From Camelus ferus (Eukaryota): a DNA stretch of 64,000 nucleotides. The position numbers were made by a program, and so were the translations under genes. The stretch's first letter is position 1, and each line of letters begins with the position of its first letter. The stretch is taken from the NCBI RefSeq assembly GCF_009834535.1, contig NC_045696.1, positions 73,472,001 through 73,536,000 on the forward strand, in the 5' to 3' direction. This document shows, piece after piece, positions 29,916-44,500 of the stretch. The notes beneath the pieces are model-generated. The model saw only the letters and a list, made by a program, of their open reading frames with translations, made no database searches and had not been told where the DNA came from.

Positions 29916-32900
29916 TATCACCATCTTAGAGATGAGTAAACTGAGGTTTAGGAAAGCTAGTCATGATTTCAGTCCAGGGTTCTCTGACTTCAAATCCACT
30001 TGTAAATTCTCAATCACATTATAGTTAGAGAAGTTTCAGTCCAAATGCCTCGAAGGTCTCAAATGGAAATGTTCTAACATGATGCAAACTGAACTGTGAG
30101 GCAGGTCTTAGCTCTTTGAGGTTCTTTTACTATTTTCACTACACTTTCTTAAAATGTAATATGCTATGAGATTACAATGCTCAGAGTCTGTAGTTATTGA
30201 GTTTTCTCTTTTTCCAGAAGAGCTTTTGCTTTCGTTAAGAATCCTGCCTTAAATGTATAGATATACGGTTCTGCTTAATAAGCGACATCAGGGAAACAGC
30301 AATAGGGATCACAGGATCACCACTCTAAACAACAGCCAGTCACCCCACAGGACTGCAGCCGAACACCTCGGGCAGGATAAGGCTGGTCTCAATCTAAAAG
30401 CCTACAACATACAGGGAAAATTATGTTCTTTTTTGTGTGACTTCTCAATGATAGTTTTGTTATTCTCCTAAATAACACACCACTTTTGCTGTGTGAGTGT
30501 AGTGGTTAAGAAAAAAGGCTTTTGGACTTGAAAAGACCCCAGTTCAGGCCCCTTCTCCATCATTTCTGGCTACAGGATGCTGTGCACGCTAAGCTCTTTG
30601 AGTCTGTTTCTGTGTCAATGTAATCAGTACCCACCTCCCAGGAGAGAGGAACAAGGAGAAAACTAAGAGAACGTGTGTGACGTACTTAGCACAGTTCAGG
30701 TAGAGAGGCAGGCCTCAGTCAACTCTAGCTGTACTATTAAAAAGAAAACATGTTTTCAGATTCCAAAAAACCTCCTATTTTAGGCAGCATTTTCTAGAGG
30801 AAAGAAATGAGTCAGGAGATGTGGATCCTATTTTGGGCTCAAGAATTGTAGTCACAGGAACCAGCAATTTCCCTGAGAGTTTGTGAGCTGATTATAATAT
30901 GAAGAAAGTAATGTTTTTGCTTACCTGCCTGGATGCATGTAATACAACTTTGTATTACTAAGAATGAAAAGTGAAAAATATAATTTTTTCTGCCTTGTGG
31001 ACCTTTCTCATTGGGTGCGGGGTGAGGAGAGTATTCCAAACCACTTTCTGCTGTGCATTCCTCTTTAAACTCTATGTGCACATGTCAAATTGTCAACAGC
31101 CAAATCTAGTCTACAGATGCAGAGCAAACCCTGCTTTAGAAGCTATGAAAACTATGCAGAGATGCTCAAAGCTACTGGGAAACAGAAAAACTTGGAAATC
31201 AGCAAAATTAACTCCTGAAAAAACTCTTCCTGCCTGTACCTTATCACTCTGCTGCCCTTTCCCTGTGCTGTGCATACTAAAAGGAAGGGGGGGGGGGCAG
31301 AAATAATGGAATGCCTGGATTCCCTTTTGATACTATGCTCAGAAACGGTTTCTCTGGGGTCTAATGAGATGTTCTTTGGAGGTTGAATAATATGAATTCA
31401 ATTCTAACCAACTATGGAAGCACAATTTCAAGGAACCAATAACATTACTATTATTTTTCCCTTTGTCATACTTATCCCAGAAGAATGATAAGTGTTTTTG
31501 CTGGATACTTTTTAAAGCTTTTCCGTCCTGATGGAATTTTAGTTTTTGTAACAAAGTTTATACAGCAACCATAAAAGTCTAAAACTATTAATTAAATTGT
31601 TAGGGAAGATCCCAAAAGGCTTCAGAATTAAAATATTATATTTTAATTTGACTTTTCAAGATTTCAGAATTCTCTCCTATAAAACAATAAATAAAGGTTC
31701 AGCGCCCCAAAATGGGTGCTGTTTGTCATGTCATCATGTCATCGTGCACACGCACTGCTTCTGTTCATTCAACTGAGTAGTATTTCTAACTTGTGAATGC
31801 ATCAACAGGAACCAAAAATAATGCTAGGAGACTGATGTCAACAACAACAACAACAACAGAACACTAATAATTGAGAAGTCGGAACATAACCTGCTCTTTT
31901 CTCCAGGAATCACTGACAGCAAGTTCCATGAACTATGTGTTTGTCATTTTATATTTGCCTACAGTGACACCTGCTGGAAATCCCTTGAAGTTTTAAAATG
32001 AAAATAAATTTTAAAATAAAATAAAAATCAAGCTTTGAAAACATCAGCCATATGCTGTTATTATTATTTTTTACTAAAAACACATTGTCTACCCTTCAAT
32101 TTAATTTCTGATGCTGCTTTTGAATTTCCTTTTTTTGTGTGTGCAACCTGAGAAACTAAGATTCAATTCCACTCGATGAAATAATTATTTTACTGGTATG
32201 ATAAAGTTGGAATTAACTCTTATATGATGCAAACTCTTTTAAAATGGAAACATTTATAAACAGTTTAGTTGCATTATTTTGCTTCCTTCTGAAATACTGC
32301 TTTAAACATGTACATATCAACTGCAGTGTGATAAGTGAATTTTTAAATCTTGCTTAAGATTGAATATCAAGAGATTTAATACTGTGAAATATTTAACAGC
32401 TAGCACTTTCCTCAGCAGCATGAATGCACAAAACCATGTTGTGTTTGGAGTGTTCTGGTTGCTTTTTAGCATAAATTACATGTCTGCCACACTGTGCACT
32501 AAGCGACCAATATGGATCTCATGCAAGTCACTTTGGATTTCAAGAGACTTTATATACTAAGGGTTCCCATCTCCCAGCGACACAGAGAAGGATTTGCACA
32601 CCTAAGTCCCATTGCCAGTAATAGAATTCACTCACAAAAATTCTGGCACATTAAGAAGGTGCAAGCATTTACATGGGAAAGGATCTTTCATAAAGTCAAC
32701 CTCACACCAGGATTTGGTATCTGGCACTTTTCACCAACAGTGGGACACATCTGCCATGCAATATGTCTATTCTTGAGTTCAGTCCTTTCCCAGTCATTTC
32801 AGTCTGGTTTATGTGCTATTGGTGGCAATTTCTCCCATTAAAAAGTTTTTTCATTAGTTTTTATACTCTATATTAGCATTTTTTCTATAAAATTAGCATA

Positions 32901-34589
32901 GTGCTTTTGTTAATTATGCTATAGAATGTCTGCCATTTTTTAGGGAATTGGTACTCAGATTCAAACTCTCTGTAATTCTAACTCTAAAGTCTTATAAAGA
33001 CCTACTTGACAAATTTAAAAAAATTTTCCAAAATATTAAAGCTGTTTTTAGAGTTCCTTTTTAATGCAACCATGTAGGGGTTCTTGTAAAATAAACTTTT
33101 ATAAAAACTAGCTCCAGTTCACTTTTAACTATACCTCCATTTCTATAAGAACTCCCTTTAGCATTAGACAGAGAAGATTTGGTTCAAAACAAAGATTCTG
33201 ATAGCTTCATGCCAACCACAAAGCTGGTTCTCCATTCTACTATAGTTGTTCCTATGGGAAGGAAATGGTATCTTTGCTTAAAAGTCAAAATTCACGAGGA
33301 AATAAATTTTCTCTGATGTCTTACTTTAAAACCTCTATATCAATCCATTCTTTCATTCCTTCAGCACTAAAGACCTTGTCTTTATAAACTAGCAAAGATG
33401 TCAAGGATCTGTGGAGATGATATAGCCCACTTAAAACTCTATATATGACAAAACTTTGGCCCATAGAGGTAGACTAAGGTCAGGTATACGAGAAGCATTT
33501 GCTGAATTAGCTAGATATTCTCAGTCCTGTATTATGACTTCTCTAGCAAAGCAAAGTCAATAACCTTTTTATCACTGTCCCTTACAGCCTGAAGTGGTTA
33601 CGGTACCTTTGAAAAAGAGAGAGACTTTTTAAAAAGACAGTACTTTTCTATGTGCCCACATAAATTTTATCTACATACCTTCTAAATAGTTAAGAGTATC
33701 TCCAAGTTTTTTTTTCTCAATTCCTATCGTTGAGTTTTCTAGGCAGTACAGTGGATTCCTCTAATTTTTAAACTCTACCCTCAATTAATCCACATTACAG
33801 GAGAGGAGAGACTGAAGTAAGGTATAGAAAATAGAACCCCTTCAGTCCCAAGAATCACAAGAGAGATTCAGAGAGACTTGGATTTCTTACCACATAGAGG
33901 AGAGAGTTCAGAAAAATGGGTTTAAAGTAATCCCAATTAAACTGGACCTCTTGTGGGCACAAGAGTTTACTTGGCATATAGATTTATATTCATATTTGTT
34001 TTAATTCTATATTTATATTTGCTTGTGTATATTGCAGGTTGGATACCAAATTTGATATCCAACCTATTAGCAAATTTTAAAATATTCAAATCATTAGAAA
34101 AATCATCAGAAAACTATATTAATGAAATTAATCATTCCATGTTTATTCATGCTTTAAAGAGTTAGTCCTCAAATGGCATTTATATAGATTTGAGACTAGG
34201 GATGGGGAGAGGGTATGGGTTCCTGGATGTTTTCTCTCAGAGTATTTGACTCGGGTTCTCATTGTTATGACAGTTCAAATCACATAAGCATCTTCAGAGT
34301 GACACTTTAAAACTGAGAACTATCATGTCATTTCAATGACCATATTTCTTTCAAGTAACTCTATTTTCAATGTTATAGTCTAACTGGTAAAAAGACCAAA
34401 GGCAGACCTAATGTGTAAATGATGAATTTTATCGTGTGAAAAACAACTCACATAATAGTATATAATGTCCAAATCAAGATTTTTCAATAGTTCCTATAGA
34501 GAAAAGTAGTAGGAAAATTGAGTCATTCCACTATGGTATGGATATCTTTTAAGTTTTTTTGTGTCTTGTAGGTCTTCCTTTTAGGATTT

Positions 34590-35062
34590 TTGGTAGGGCT
34601 AAAAATCAAGACAGCTGATCCTCTTTCCCTGGAATTGGGCATATGACCCAACACAGCTGATTAGAAGATTCTGTGACTGGTACAAAGAAGAACATGTGAT
34701 TCAAATAAGCCAATCAAAGTCCTTTCTGGTGGTGGTTATGGATACCAGAAGGGTCTTGATCTGTAAAGATGACTTTGGCTTGGAGATGCTCAGAGACCAA
34801 CTTTGCTATCACATGAATGGAAAGAGATAAATACTGAGAACGAAGCTCTCATGGAAGAAATCAGGAGCAGAGGTAGAGACATGGTTTAAATGAAAGAACT
34901 GAAACCCTTGGGTCTAGCCATTTCTTAAACATTGGTTTCATCTTTCCAGCTATATATGTATAATCCAACATATTCTCCAAAGTTATTTTTTGTTGTTATC
35001 TTGCTTAAACTAGTTTTAATTGGGTTTCTGTCCCTATAACCAAAAGAATCTTGACCAATATA
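34590..35062. mobile_element. Old MLT1-type LTR
   Basis: GGGCATATGACCCAA...AGCCAATCAAAGTCC...TTGCTTAAACTAGTTTTAATTGGGTTTCTGTCCCTATAACCAAAAGAATCTTGACCAATA. Confidence 0.7.
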
Positions 35063-35424
35063 TCTGGCACACAATAGCATATCCACATGTAACATAAAAA
35101 AAGCTGAGTGTTGCAAAAGTTGATACCATATTCACACTCTTAAGTGGCCATTTCATTTTAGAAAAATAATATCACTCATTATGTTCATTTTAATACAAGT
35201 TGTATTGGGTTTGTAGTTTATTTGTCTTTAATATGTACACTTGCTTTTGTTTTATAGTTTTATAAAAACTATAAGCATAAAGAATCTTATATATATAGTT
35301 TTATGTTTTCTCATATTTAGGTAATATAATAACAAAAATCATTTAAGTTAACACTGGGAGTCTACAATAAGTTTCTCCCTTTAAAAGGGGCTGTCCTGAA
35401 ATCAAGCTTGAGAACATACTCTAT

Positions 35425-37740
35425 TGGTGAGTCTCAGAGAAATAAACACTCTTATATGTTGCTGGCAGGAACGCAAAATGATATAATTACATACAGAGGG
35501 TAATTTCCTTGTGTCTTTAACCTTTGAGATCTATTCCAGAGCTACTTTTTGGAACCTACCCTAAAGACAAACAAGCAAAATATAAAATTTCTGTGCACAA
35601 GGTGCTTATTATGGCACTATTTGTAATAGCAGAAGATTGGAAAGAATCTAAATGTCCATGAATAGGGGTCTGGCTGAATATACTATGGCATTACCACACA
35701 GAGGAGAACTATGCAACTGTAAAAAGGAAAAAGCAAGATTTTACTAATAAGGAATGATCTCCAAGATATATTAAATTTTTTTTTTCAGAGAAGCACAGTA
35801 CAGAGTAATATTTGTGGTATGTTCTCCTTTTTTATAAGAAAGGTGAAGGAAAATATTAATGTAAATATACAGTTTTGCTTATATTTTTAAGAAGAAATAA
35901 TAGAAGGATAAACTAAAAACTAGTAAAAACTGGTTTCTATAGGGGAAAAGGGAGAAATGTGGAGAGGGCAGGGATGAAAACATTTGTTTAATGTATCCTT
36001 TTATATAGTTTTGAATTTGGGATCATGTAAATGTTTTACATAGTTAAAAAACAGGGAAAAGCACTTCTTAAAAATTAAAATAAATGAAAACAAATGAACT
36101 GAACTGTGTATCAAATTGGTAGCATAACCACACAAAGAACAGAAATACTTGAAATAACTTCAAAATAGAATATTGACTGTAAATCTCTCATGGGATCCAT
36201 TATAAGGATAAAATAATCTCTAAGAAATACTAAGTTGAATTCATTAGTCTTACTGTTAGCATTAAAATCAGTGTTATTGTTACTAGTATAGCTATTACAG
36301 GTACATTGTAGTATAAAGCAAATAAGTAATTATTCTAATATTGTCGACAGTCAAGATTTTTAGTGGAAAAGAAAATAACACAAGTATAAAATATAAAAGT
36401 TCAGCAAAAAAAAAAAAATCCATAGTTTTCCATTTAAACTGTAACATTAACATGCACACATAAGTTTTTTTTCTGAAATTCTTAGATTTTGGTCTCTAAA
36501 CATCATTCCAAAAAAGGAACCAGGGATACTTGGAAAAATTGCTGATTCCAAGTGGAGCAGGAAATGTGTAAGATAAGCCTCCAGCATCTGTTGTGACAAA
36601 AAAGTAGAAATTTATCAAAGACTAATGTGGTCATGTTGGAGGAATACAGGAGTTAATTTAAAGGGCTTTCTTTGGCCTTAAATGGGACAATTTAAGCATT
36701 GAAAAGAATAATGACTGTACCTGAGTTAATTTTATACACACACACAGATGAGTTTAAAATGACACTTAAAAAGTTTCATTGGTCACCATTGGAGGTTGCT
36801 AGACTACCAAACCATTACTATGAAAACTGATAAGTTGGATGAAGGAATCAAACATGTATTGGGCCCTCCCTGTACACACTGTATTTCAGAGCTAGTAAAG
36901 GAAAATTATTTACAGACGAATTCCAGCTAGCGGAAAAGGAATGATAATATTACAAAATCACCATTTTATAACTCTTAAGAGAATAACTGACCTAGGCAAT
37001 GACTATTAATGCCTGCTAAACCATCAGCAAAATACTGATGGGAACATTTATAATGGAGTGATCTGGCCAACATACCACCACAACCACTGCACAAACTAAA
37101 AGTAGGACAATCAAATATAATGTGATTCATGATGTGAGACAATAGGAAGGAAAAAATTTTTTTCTTAAAAAAATTATAATTAATACAATATCTAGAACAT
37201 AAACATCATAAAGATGTAAGCAGCCAATGCAAAATGTGGGAAATTCTACAGGGCAAATGGCCCCATGTCTCCATCTATAGCATGACATGCAAAATAAGGA
37301 GGCAGAGAGGAAAGGTCAGGAGAAAATGTTACAAAATAACTGAGACTTAAAACAAAACAACCAAATGCAATGTGTGGACACTGGATCCTGATTTGAACAA
37401 ATTAAATATAAGACATTTTTGAAGCAATCACAAAAATGGACAGGGTATTAGTGGATACTAAAAAGTTATGATTAGTTTTATGAAGGGTGATAGTATCATC
37501 ATTGTAATATTTTTTAAAGCCCTTATTGTTGGAGATATATACTGAAATATTTATAAGCGAAACAACAGAATATCTGATTCTTTGACATACTCATACAAAC
37601 AATCACAATAAAGTTGAGGAAATAAGTGAAATAAAATTGGCAAAATGTTGGAAATTGTTGAAGCTGTGTAATGAGTATATAGGAGTTAATTATACTATAC
37701 TTTTTTGTGTTTGAGATTTCTCAGAATCAAAAATTTAGTA
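35425..37740 (+). mobile_element. Ancient L1 (L1ME/L1MC-type) ORF2 end and 3' UTR, fragmented
   Basis: GGCACTATTTGTAATAGCAGAAGATTGGAAAGAATCTAAATGTCCATG...; CAACCAAATGCAATGTGTGGAC..TGGATCCTGATTTGAACAAA; TTGGCAAAATGTTGGAAATTGTTGAAGCTG. Confidence 0.75.
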
Positions 37741-40266
37741 AAATAATAATTATTATATAATTAAAATGAGCCTATACATTATTCAACTTTGAGAAACACT
37801 TTTGATGCATTAAAGCATGTAAACTAAATCAACATCTATCAATATTAGTGAGGACCCAGAGAAAAGTGTTTCCTCCATGCTGTGTATTGTATCACTATCT
37901 TCCAGTGTCCCCAAGCAAATGTCAGCTTCCCTGTCTCTGAATCCATTGTTAGGTTCTATAATTGTTACATCTATTATATTTATCCTATCTACCTCATTAT
38001 CTTAAGAATAAAAGCATGGCTTTTGGAGTCAGAAGCACCTTGTTTCAAGCCCCAGACCCATCCTAAATATTCATATAACCCCAGGAAAAGTAACTAACCT
38101 CTGAGCTTTAGTATTCTCATCTGTAAACTGAGCAAAGTATTATCTGTTTCCCTTCTATCCAAAAACCCAATATCTGGATAAGCAGCCTCCTTATTACATT
38201 CCTTTTGCCATCTCTTTCTAAACAGCAGCAAAAATTACCCTTATCCAGTGCCACTGTCTGAACTCTTTCCAGAACAAAAACTCCAAATTTCTCCTAATAT
38301 TTACTCAAAATTCAAAACTAAGGATGGCACTGTTCTCTGCCAATTAGTCCCTCTTTTTCTCTAGCTGTTCTTAATTCTTAACATATTACTGGTTAATACT
38401 CTATGCTCCCAGCAAGAAAACTATTCACCTCAACATATTGTCTGTCAGGCTTGAGGACCTTCCAAGAAACTGATGCTTTTTCATGAAACTTCTTTTCTTT
38501 GGTCAACAGACTGTCTCCTAAAACTACTGAAATTAGGTCCTTGCTTTATGTAATAATCTCATCTCAGGCCTTCTAGATAGAAATAGCAATCTTAGAGCCT
38601 TCTATCTCCACTCCCCATTAGACAGAGGACTTTTTTCTAAGAACCTGGGACTTGGCTTCTTCACAATTCCCCAAAGCATTGGCAACCACATTCTGGCCCC
38701 AGCAGTCGCTCCATAAACACTGGTAACTGATTAAGTTCTGGTTTTTTTGCCCTGATTTTCTATTAAAGAACTATAAAAGGTAGTGAAATACAGCAAGACT
38801 GAACAACAGAATAAGAGAAGATATTTGGACAAAAGCTCTGGGGTATTGACATGAAATCTCAATCTCTACTATTTCCTTATTTTGCATGTTTAACATCAGA
38901 GTAAGAACTTTATTTTTTCCTCATGTTTGTTTAATTACAGTCAGTGCTGCAGGGAATGGCTTAGGTAATTGTGGTTTTCATATTTTAAAAAGTTCGACGT
39001 ACGTGTACTTGTGTTCTAACCTCTATTTAACAAGTAACAAACCACAGATGAAATGATGAACTGGAAAATATATGACAACTTCCCTAATTACACTCCCTGC
39101 CAGCCCATTGAACATGCCTAAACACTAAGGGTCTAAAACCAAATACACCCAGGAATTTGACATGAACATCTCTCTCTAAAATTAACAGGAATTATTGCTA
39201 TCAGATAGATCAGTGTTTAAGTAAAATACTCTTTTTTATTTCCCTTTCCAATTCCATAAACACCTTAATAGAATAGATAATAAAATGTAGAAATGATTAT
39301 TTACATGCATAAAAGTCATAAACCAAGTCCTTACAGGTTTCCTCATCTGCCAAGTGAGAAGAACAATTATAAACATCTGGAAATGTTTCTTCCAATGAAG
39401 AGCTAATTAAAATACCATGATTGTAAAGTAATTGTAAAATAAAACATGATAAAAAATACCTTAACAATTATTACAACTGTAACAATTATTATAATTCAGC
39501 AGTTAGGGAATAGAAGAATTTTCTTTTGGGACTCTTAATTAACTAACAGTATTACTGAGTTATGCAGCCATGTGTTTACTGTTAACTGATCTGCAGACAG
39601 TACCAGGAGGTCTTGGAACTGCCACTCGAGCATGGTTAGTCATGATTTATCTCTGCCACTGACAGTCAAAGCAGCATGTGAATCTGGCTCAGGAAGAAAA
39701 CCAGATGCCTCTACATTTGAGGCCCCAATTCAATATGCAATATTAAATAAAAGGACTGGAAAATTATACTACTACTTTACTCAACAGCAATTAAATCCTT
39801 AGAAGAATGTATAAATCTAATCTGGATATAGAGAAAATAGTTGGAACTCTTTACTTTTTTGTAAATTCCAAAATAAATTGAGACAATATAACATCACTGT
39901 GCAAGTATTTGGAGGAAATGAAGATAATGCAGGTCCCAAATGAAGATGAACTTCATTAATTAAAAGCAAAATTAACTAGTAAGAGAAGTTTCAAAATTAT
40001 ACAGGGAAATAAAGAAGATAAAAATTATGAATAAAAATTAAAATTTCCCAGGGAGTTTATAAAACTTCACTTGCCAAGACATTTAAGAATAAGAGTCTTT
40101 ATAAAATTATCATATGGGATTATTTTGGATGGAGGTAATCGTTAGACTAAAAAGTCACTTCAGATTATTTATGAGTTAGGATATTTTCTACCTTACATCT
40201 ATGAACAAAGTAGTACCAATCCTCCCAACTGCTTTATCATTCTACTTGGTAGATTTCTACAACTTT

Positions 40267-40376
40267 TGTTTTTACTGATGGTTGTCCAGCAGTTAGTTGT
40301 GATTTTGTTGTGTTCATGTGAGGATTTGAGCTCAGGGTCTACTGTGCCATCTTAATTTGGTAATCCTGAAGAACCC
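40267..40376 (-). mobile_element. Short retroposed element consisting of L1 5'-end-like sequence only
   Basis: Minus strand GGG...AAGATGGCACAGTAGACCCTGAGCTCA..TCCTCACATGAACACAACAAAATCACAACTAACTGCTGGACAACCATCAGTAAAAACA. 15-bp TSD GATTTCTACA(A/G)CTTT at 40252-40266 and 40377-40391. Confidence 0.75.
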
Positions 40377-41414
40377 GATTTCTACAGCTTTGAAACCAGA
40401 AAATGATTTTCTGAGCTTTGAGCTTGAGCAACAAAATTTAATCTAGAAACCACTGTCTTCACTTTCTTTCATATTTTTTGAAGATAATGATTACATCATT
40501 TTGCTTAAGAAAATCCATCCTACAACCCAAACCTACTATTTATTTTTAACACTCAGTAAAAACATAAGATTAGCCACAGTATGACAACTGCTAAGAAGAC
40601 AAAGCCAAATGAGAAATTAAGATGTATAGCTCCTGCCATTCAGAAGACCATTGTCCACTGGGGATGCAGACAAGTAAGTAGATGCAATCAGTTCATTAGA
40701 TAAGCTGGGTTTTTAAGGGTAAGAGAAGATACCAACTTTATTGTCCTCCCTGCATGGCATTTCATCCCTGCTTTGTCAAATCACCCCTCGCCATTGTAAA
40801 TAGTTAAGAAAGCAACTGTAACTTCTCCAGTCGTATCAACAAATAGTCTCAGCTGTAGAAAAGTCCAGTTCAATCTTATAGAATGTCTACAGTATCTTTT
40901 ACTACTTCTTAACCTTATCCATCCTTTTCCAAAGGCCTTTAAAGAGCTCACAGGAGGTCAAGGGGAAGAATTATTTGCCTTGGTCCTTAATCCTGGCACT
41001 ACACACATTGATCCAACTGACCAGTGCTAAGTATTTTAGGTTTTTCCCAAATGGTCATCTCCTATCCTGGTGGTGAGGCAGTTTGGTTTTCATATCACAT
41101 TCTTTCTACTGTTCCAAAAGGAAAGTGATCTTAAAGATGAAGAGAATGCTGTGTAAGTATCAAGAATGTTAATAAAAAGTTTTGAGGAATAAATAAGAAT
41201 TTAAAAAAAGATTTTCTTTTTATCTGGTACATGTAAGACAAATGCTAGACAGGCTTTGAAGCAGGTCACACAGGGAGACTGAGAACACCAGGAAAAACTG
41301 CAAAATATCATATATCATAGTAAGCATTTTTTAAGAGGTATTTCTTCCCTTTGGTACTACCTCTTTTCAAAGAACCAAAAACCTTCATGATAAAATTCAA
41401 ACTGCATTCCAAAA

Positions 41415-41565
41415 ACAGTATCCCCGTTTTACAGATAAAGAAGATGAGGCACAGAGGAGTTAGGTGACTGACCCAAGATCACAGAGCCAGTAAATGGCAC
41501 AGCAAGGACACAAATCTGGGAAGTCTGCTGTTGGAGCCTGTGCTATTAACTTATGCGCAGTACTA
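41415..41565 (-). mobile_element. MIR SINE
   Basis: ATCCCCGTTTTACAGATAAAGAAGATGAGGCACAGAGGAGTTAGGTGACTGACCCAAGATCACAGAGCCAGTAAATGGCA. Confidence 0.85.
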
Positions 41566-44500
41566 TCTCTTCTGACTACTAACCAAGCTAGTAAAATGAG
41601 AGAATATTTTAGAGTAGCATGTTAATTAGTACTTCCATATTGGTAATTATAATGGTATAATATCCAAAAGAATGACTATAATGGTGGAAACTTGAGATGT
41701 ATTGAAGCCATTTGGAATTAGAAAAGGGACTGTGGCACCCCCCTGGTTCCATCCCAATATCCCCTACAACAGCCATAATACAATCAGTATCATGGGCAGA
41801 TTTACATTGTCCAATACTATTTCCCTAAAGGATATTTTTAACAATTGAAGTTATTTGATTACTTGGGTAACTTCCCTCTCAATTTCTAACTAATCAGTCA
41901 GTGACATCACTTCAACATTTGCTTAAGATAATCTATGTCCAAAAATATTTTTAGATTATCAAAGATTCAAGATCTTCAGTGATAAATCTCTGTTTGAATA
42001 GAGTGCTTCCGACAGTGTATTTCATGGAAAAGAGGCCCCTTAAGTTACTTATTTATTTGACTAAGGAAATAAACTTATTAAATTTGATAAACTGCATGTA
42101 TTGTTTCTCCTTGTTAAAGGTTTAATATTCACATTGGTATATCTAAAATTCTGGGGAGAACTAAACATAGAACTAAACTATGATAGTTCCCTATTTCCAA
42201 GTTTATATAATATTAGTGCATTTTTATCTTCCATAATAAATATCCCTAATACATTTTAATGGAACTAGAGTATCTCTAACACACTTTGAGACCAGATGAC
42301 TCAGGCCATCGGTTGTCCCTAGAAGCATACTGAGAATTTAGGAGACAGCTAGGAAGGAACCAGATTGGAATAAGGAGGCTAAAATTCTGCTTTGATTCTT
42401 GGGTTCTTCAACAGGTCACCTTACTGCTCTGAGAATTAGGTTCTACATCTACAAACAAGAAAGTAAAGTACACTAATGGTTTTTAGACTCTTTTCTTAGC
42501 CAAGAAATGCACTGTGCAAAGAAACCTCACCTGAGAGTTCAGACAAAAGTAAAGCTACTATGTTTGGGTGATGAGAATGAGAACAAGGGCCTGCAGCTCT
42601 CCCTGCTCAGTCTTCCATTTCCATCTCCCAGAACAGTATGAAACTAATAAACTATAATTTCTATCATCCCTTGTAATCCTAATTAATTCTATGCTCTAAA
42701 CATGGCTTCCTGCCTATATAACAAAAAAACATCTGAGGATATTTAAAAGCTGTTAGCCCCTGAAATGGGTGAATAATGGTTAGATCAGATTTTATCCCTT
42801 TGGAACTTTTTCAGAATAAGCATATCAGCCTGGCATATGAGGTTTTTGTTTTTGTTTTTTAAAAGATGAGCCAAAAATCCATTTGGCCTGTTAAATGTGC
42901 ATTGACACCATCCAAATATATCTAGGTCATCCCTGCCACCATGAATCACCCCCACCTTCTGTCAAAGCTCCTTAATCACTATGACAAGAGATGACAATCA
43001 TATGCTAACAGCAAATTCAGAATTGCCTCCCAAGTAGATTCCCACAAAAGCCAAACCAACAGGTTCCTAGACAGGAAAGAAAACCCATTAACTGTCTTTT
43101 AGGATTTCTGCCTAAATGTGATCAAGACCATCTTATGCAGAGGGTGTGTTTCTGGAGACCCTCTAGAGGGAATGCCCCAAACCAGGATGCTGAGGTGACC
43201 AGATGGCTGGGGACTGGTTCAGGGAAATGACCCTCAGGGGAAAAGGAATGGTTTGCACTAACTGATGTCAGCCCCATGGGGGTAGAACTCATGCTCACAA
43301 ATGTTCCTGACCAGAACCCTGTAAGTGTCGCCCACAGTCATTATTGACTTTCTTGGAGGGGATTCTACCAGCGTATGCTGCTTCTTGTTGCAGGTGCTGC
43401 TTTTTATAGAAATATAGAACTAACAGTTCTCTGGAAATTCAAGCAAGAGACATTCATTATTTCATATTTATCTAGAAATGCTCAAAGGCAGAATGTGTGA
43501 CTCTTCTGTCCCCTGCACAGGAAATCTCTTGGTTTTCTTATTGCAGCCTAATAGGTGTTTGACAGACCAATAAACCAAAATGTATTCAGAGCCACAATTT
43601 AAATACTTCAATAAGGACAGTACATTATTAGGGCTCAATTCCAACAAAGGGGATTCTGCACAATGACTGACCAGAGGTCAGAGCCCTCTGACCTCTCTGA
43701 ATGCAACAACCTGTGCGTAATGCTAGGAGCATACCTGGGCCTTCCTCACACCTACTCACCTACTCTCTGTGAGTACCTGGGCCAGGGGAGCAAGGAGAAA
43801 CAAGAATTCACATGGGTGCGCATCCAAATCTGCCCTTCTCTGGTGTCTACAGAACTGATATGTGGGCAAAAGCCAGATTTGCTTGTGCTCTAATGGTCTG
43901 ACCACTCAGCCCGGTCCCAGTTCACAAAGCTCCACATTCATCACCACTGGGACTTGTCTTTTGTCTCCATGGCAGTGCAACCCTCTAACATCAGAAGAGG
44001 CACCCTGCATCCCTTTGCTGGTAACAGGCAATTGTTTCCATGTTCCAGTCAGCATATAAAGAGAGGCAAAGGTGAGCCTTTCATTCTAAGCCCGTTATCA
44101 ATCAAGGTTTTCAAGAGAAACAGAATCAATAGGATATGTGTTAATATGTATATAATTTATTGTAAGGACACATAAAATTAACTATCACAAAGCCCCATCC
44201 CAGAAGCTTAGTTTCTACCTAACCAGTCTCCATACAAAGGAAATGCTAATGAGCTCCGCTGCTAGGGCCAGTGACCAACAACCGGTTTCTTGGAACTGCA
44301 CATAGGGATCACACAAAGAAGCTGCTGTTAACTATCACCTATTGTCCAGATCTACCCTTTACGCTAGACCATTCCTTAAAGGATTCCCACAACCCTGAAG
44401 TTTCCTAGCAGATCCCACTACACTTCTCCTCAGTTTGGCCACCAGCTTTGTCTAACACATCTCATAGGTCCCCCACTCCACCCAACCTTCCCTATCTCAA

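Noticed and set aside
31720..31800. Possible miRNA or snoRNA
   Set aside because: No convincing hairpin, box motifs or match to a small RNA I recognise.
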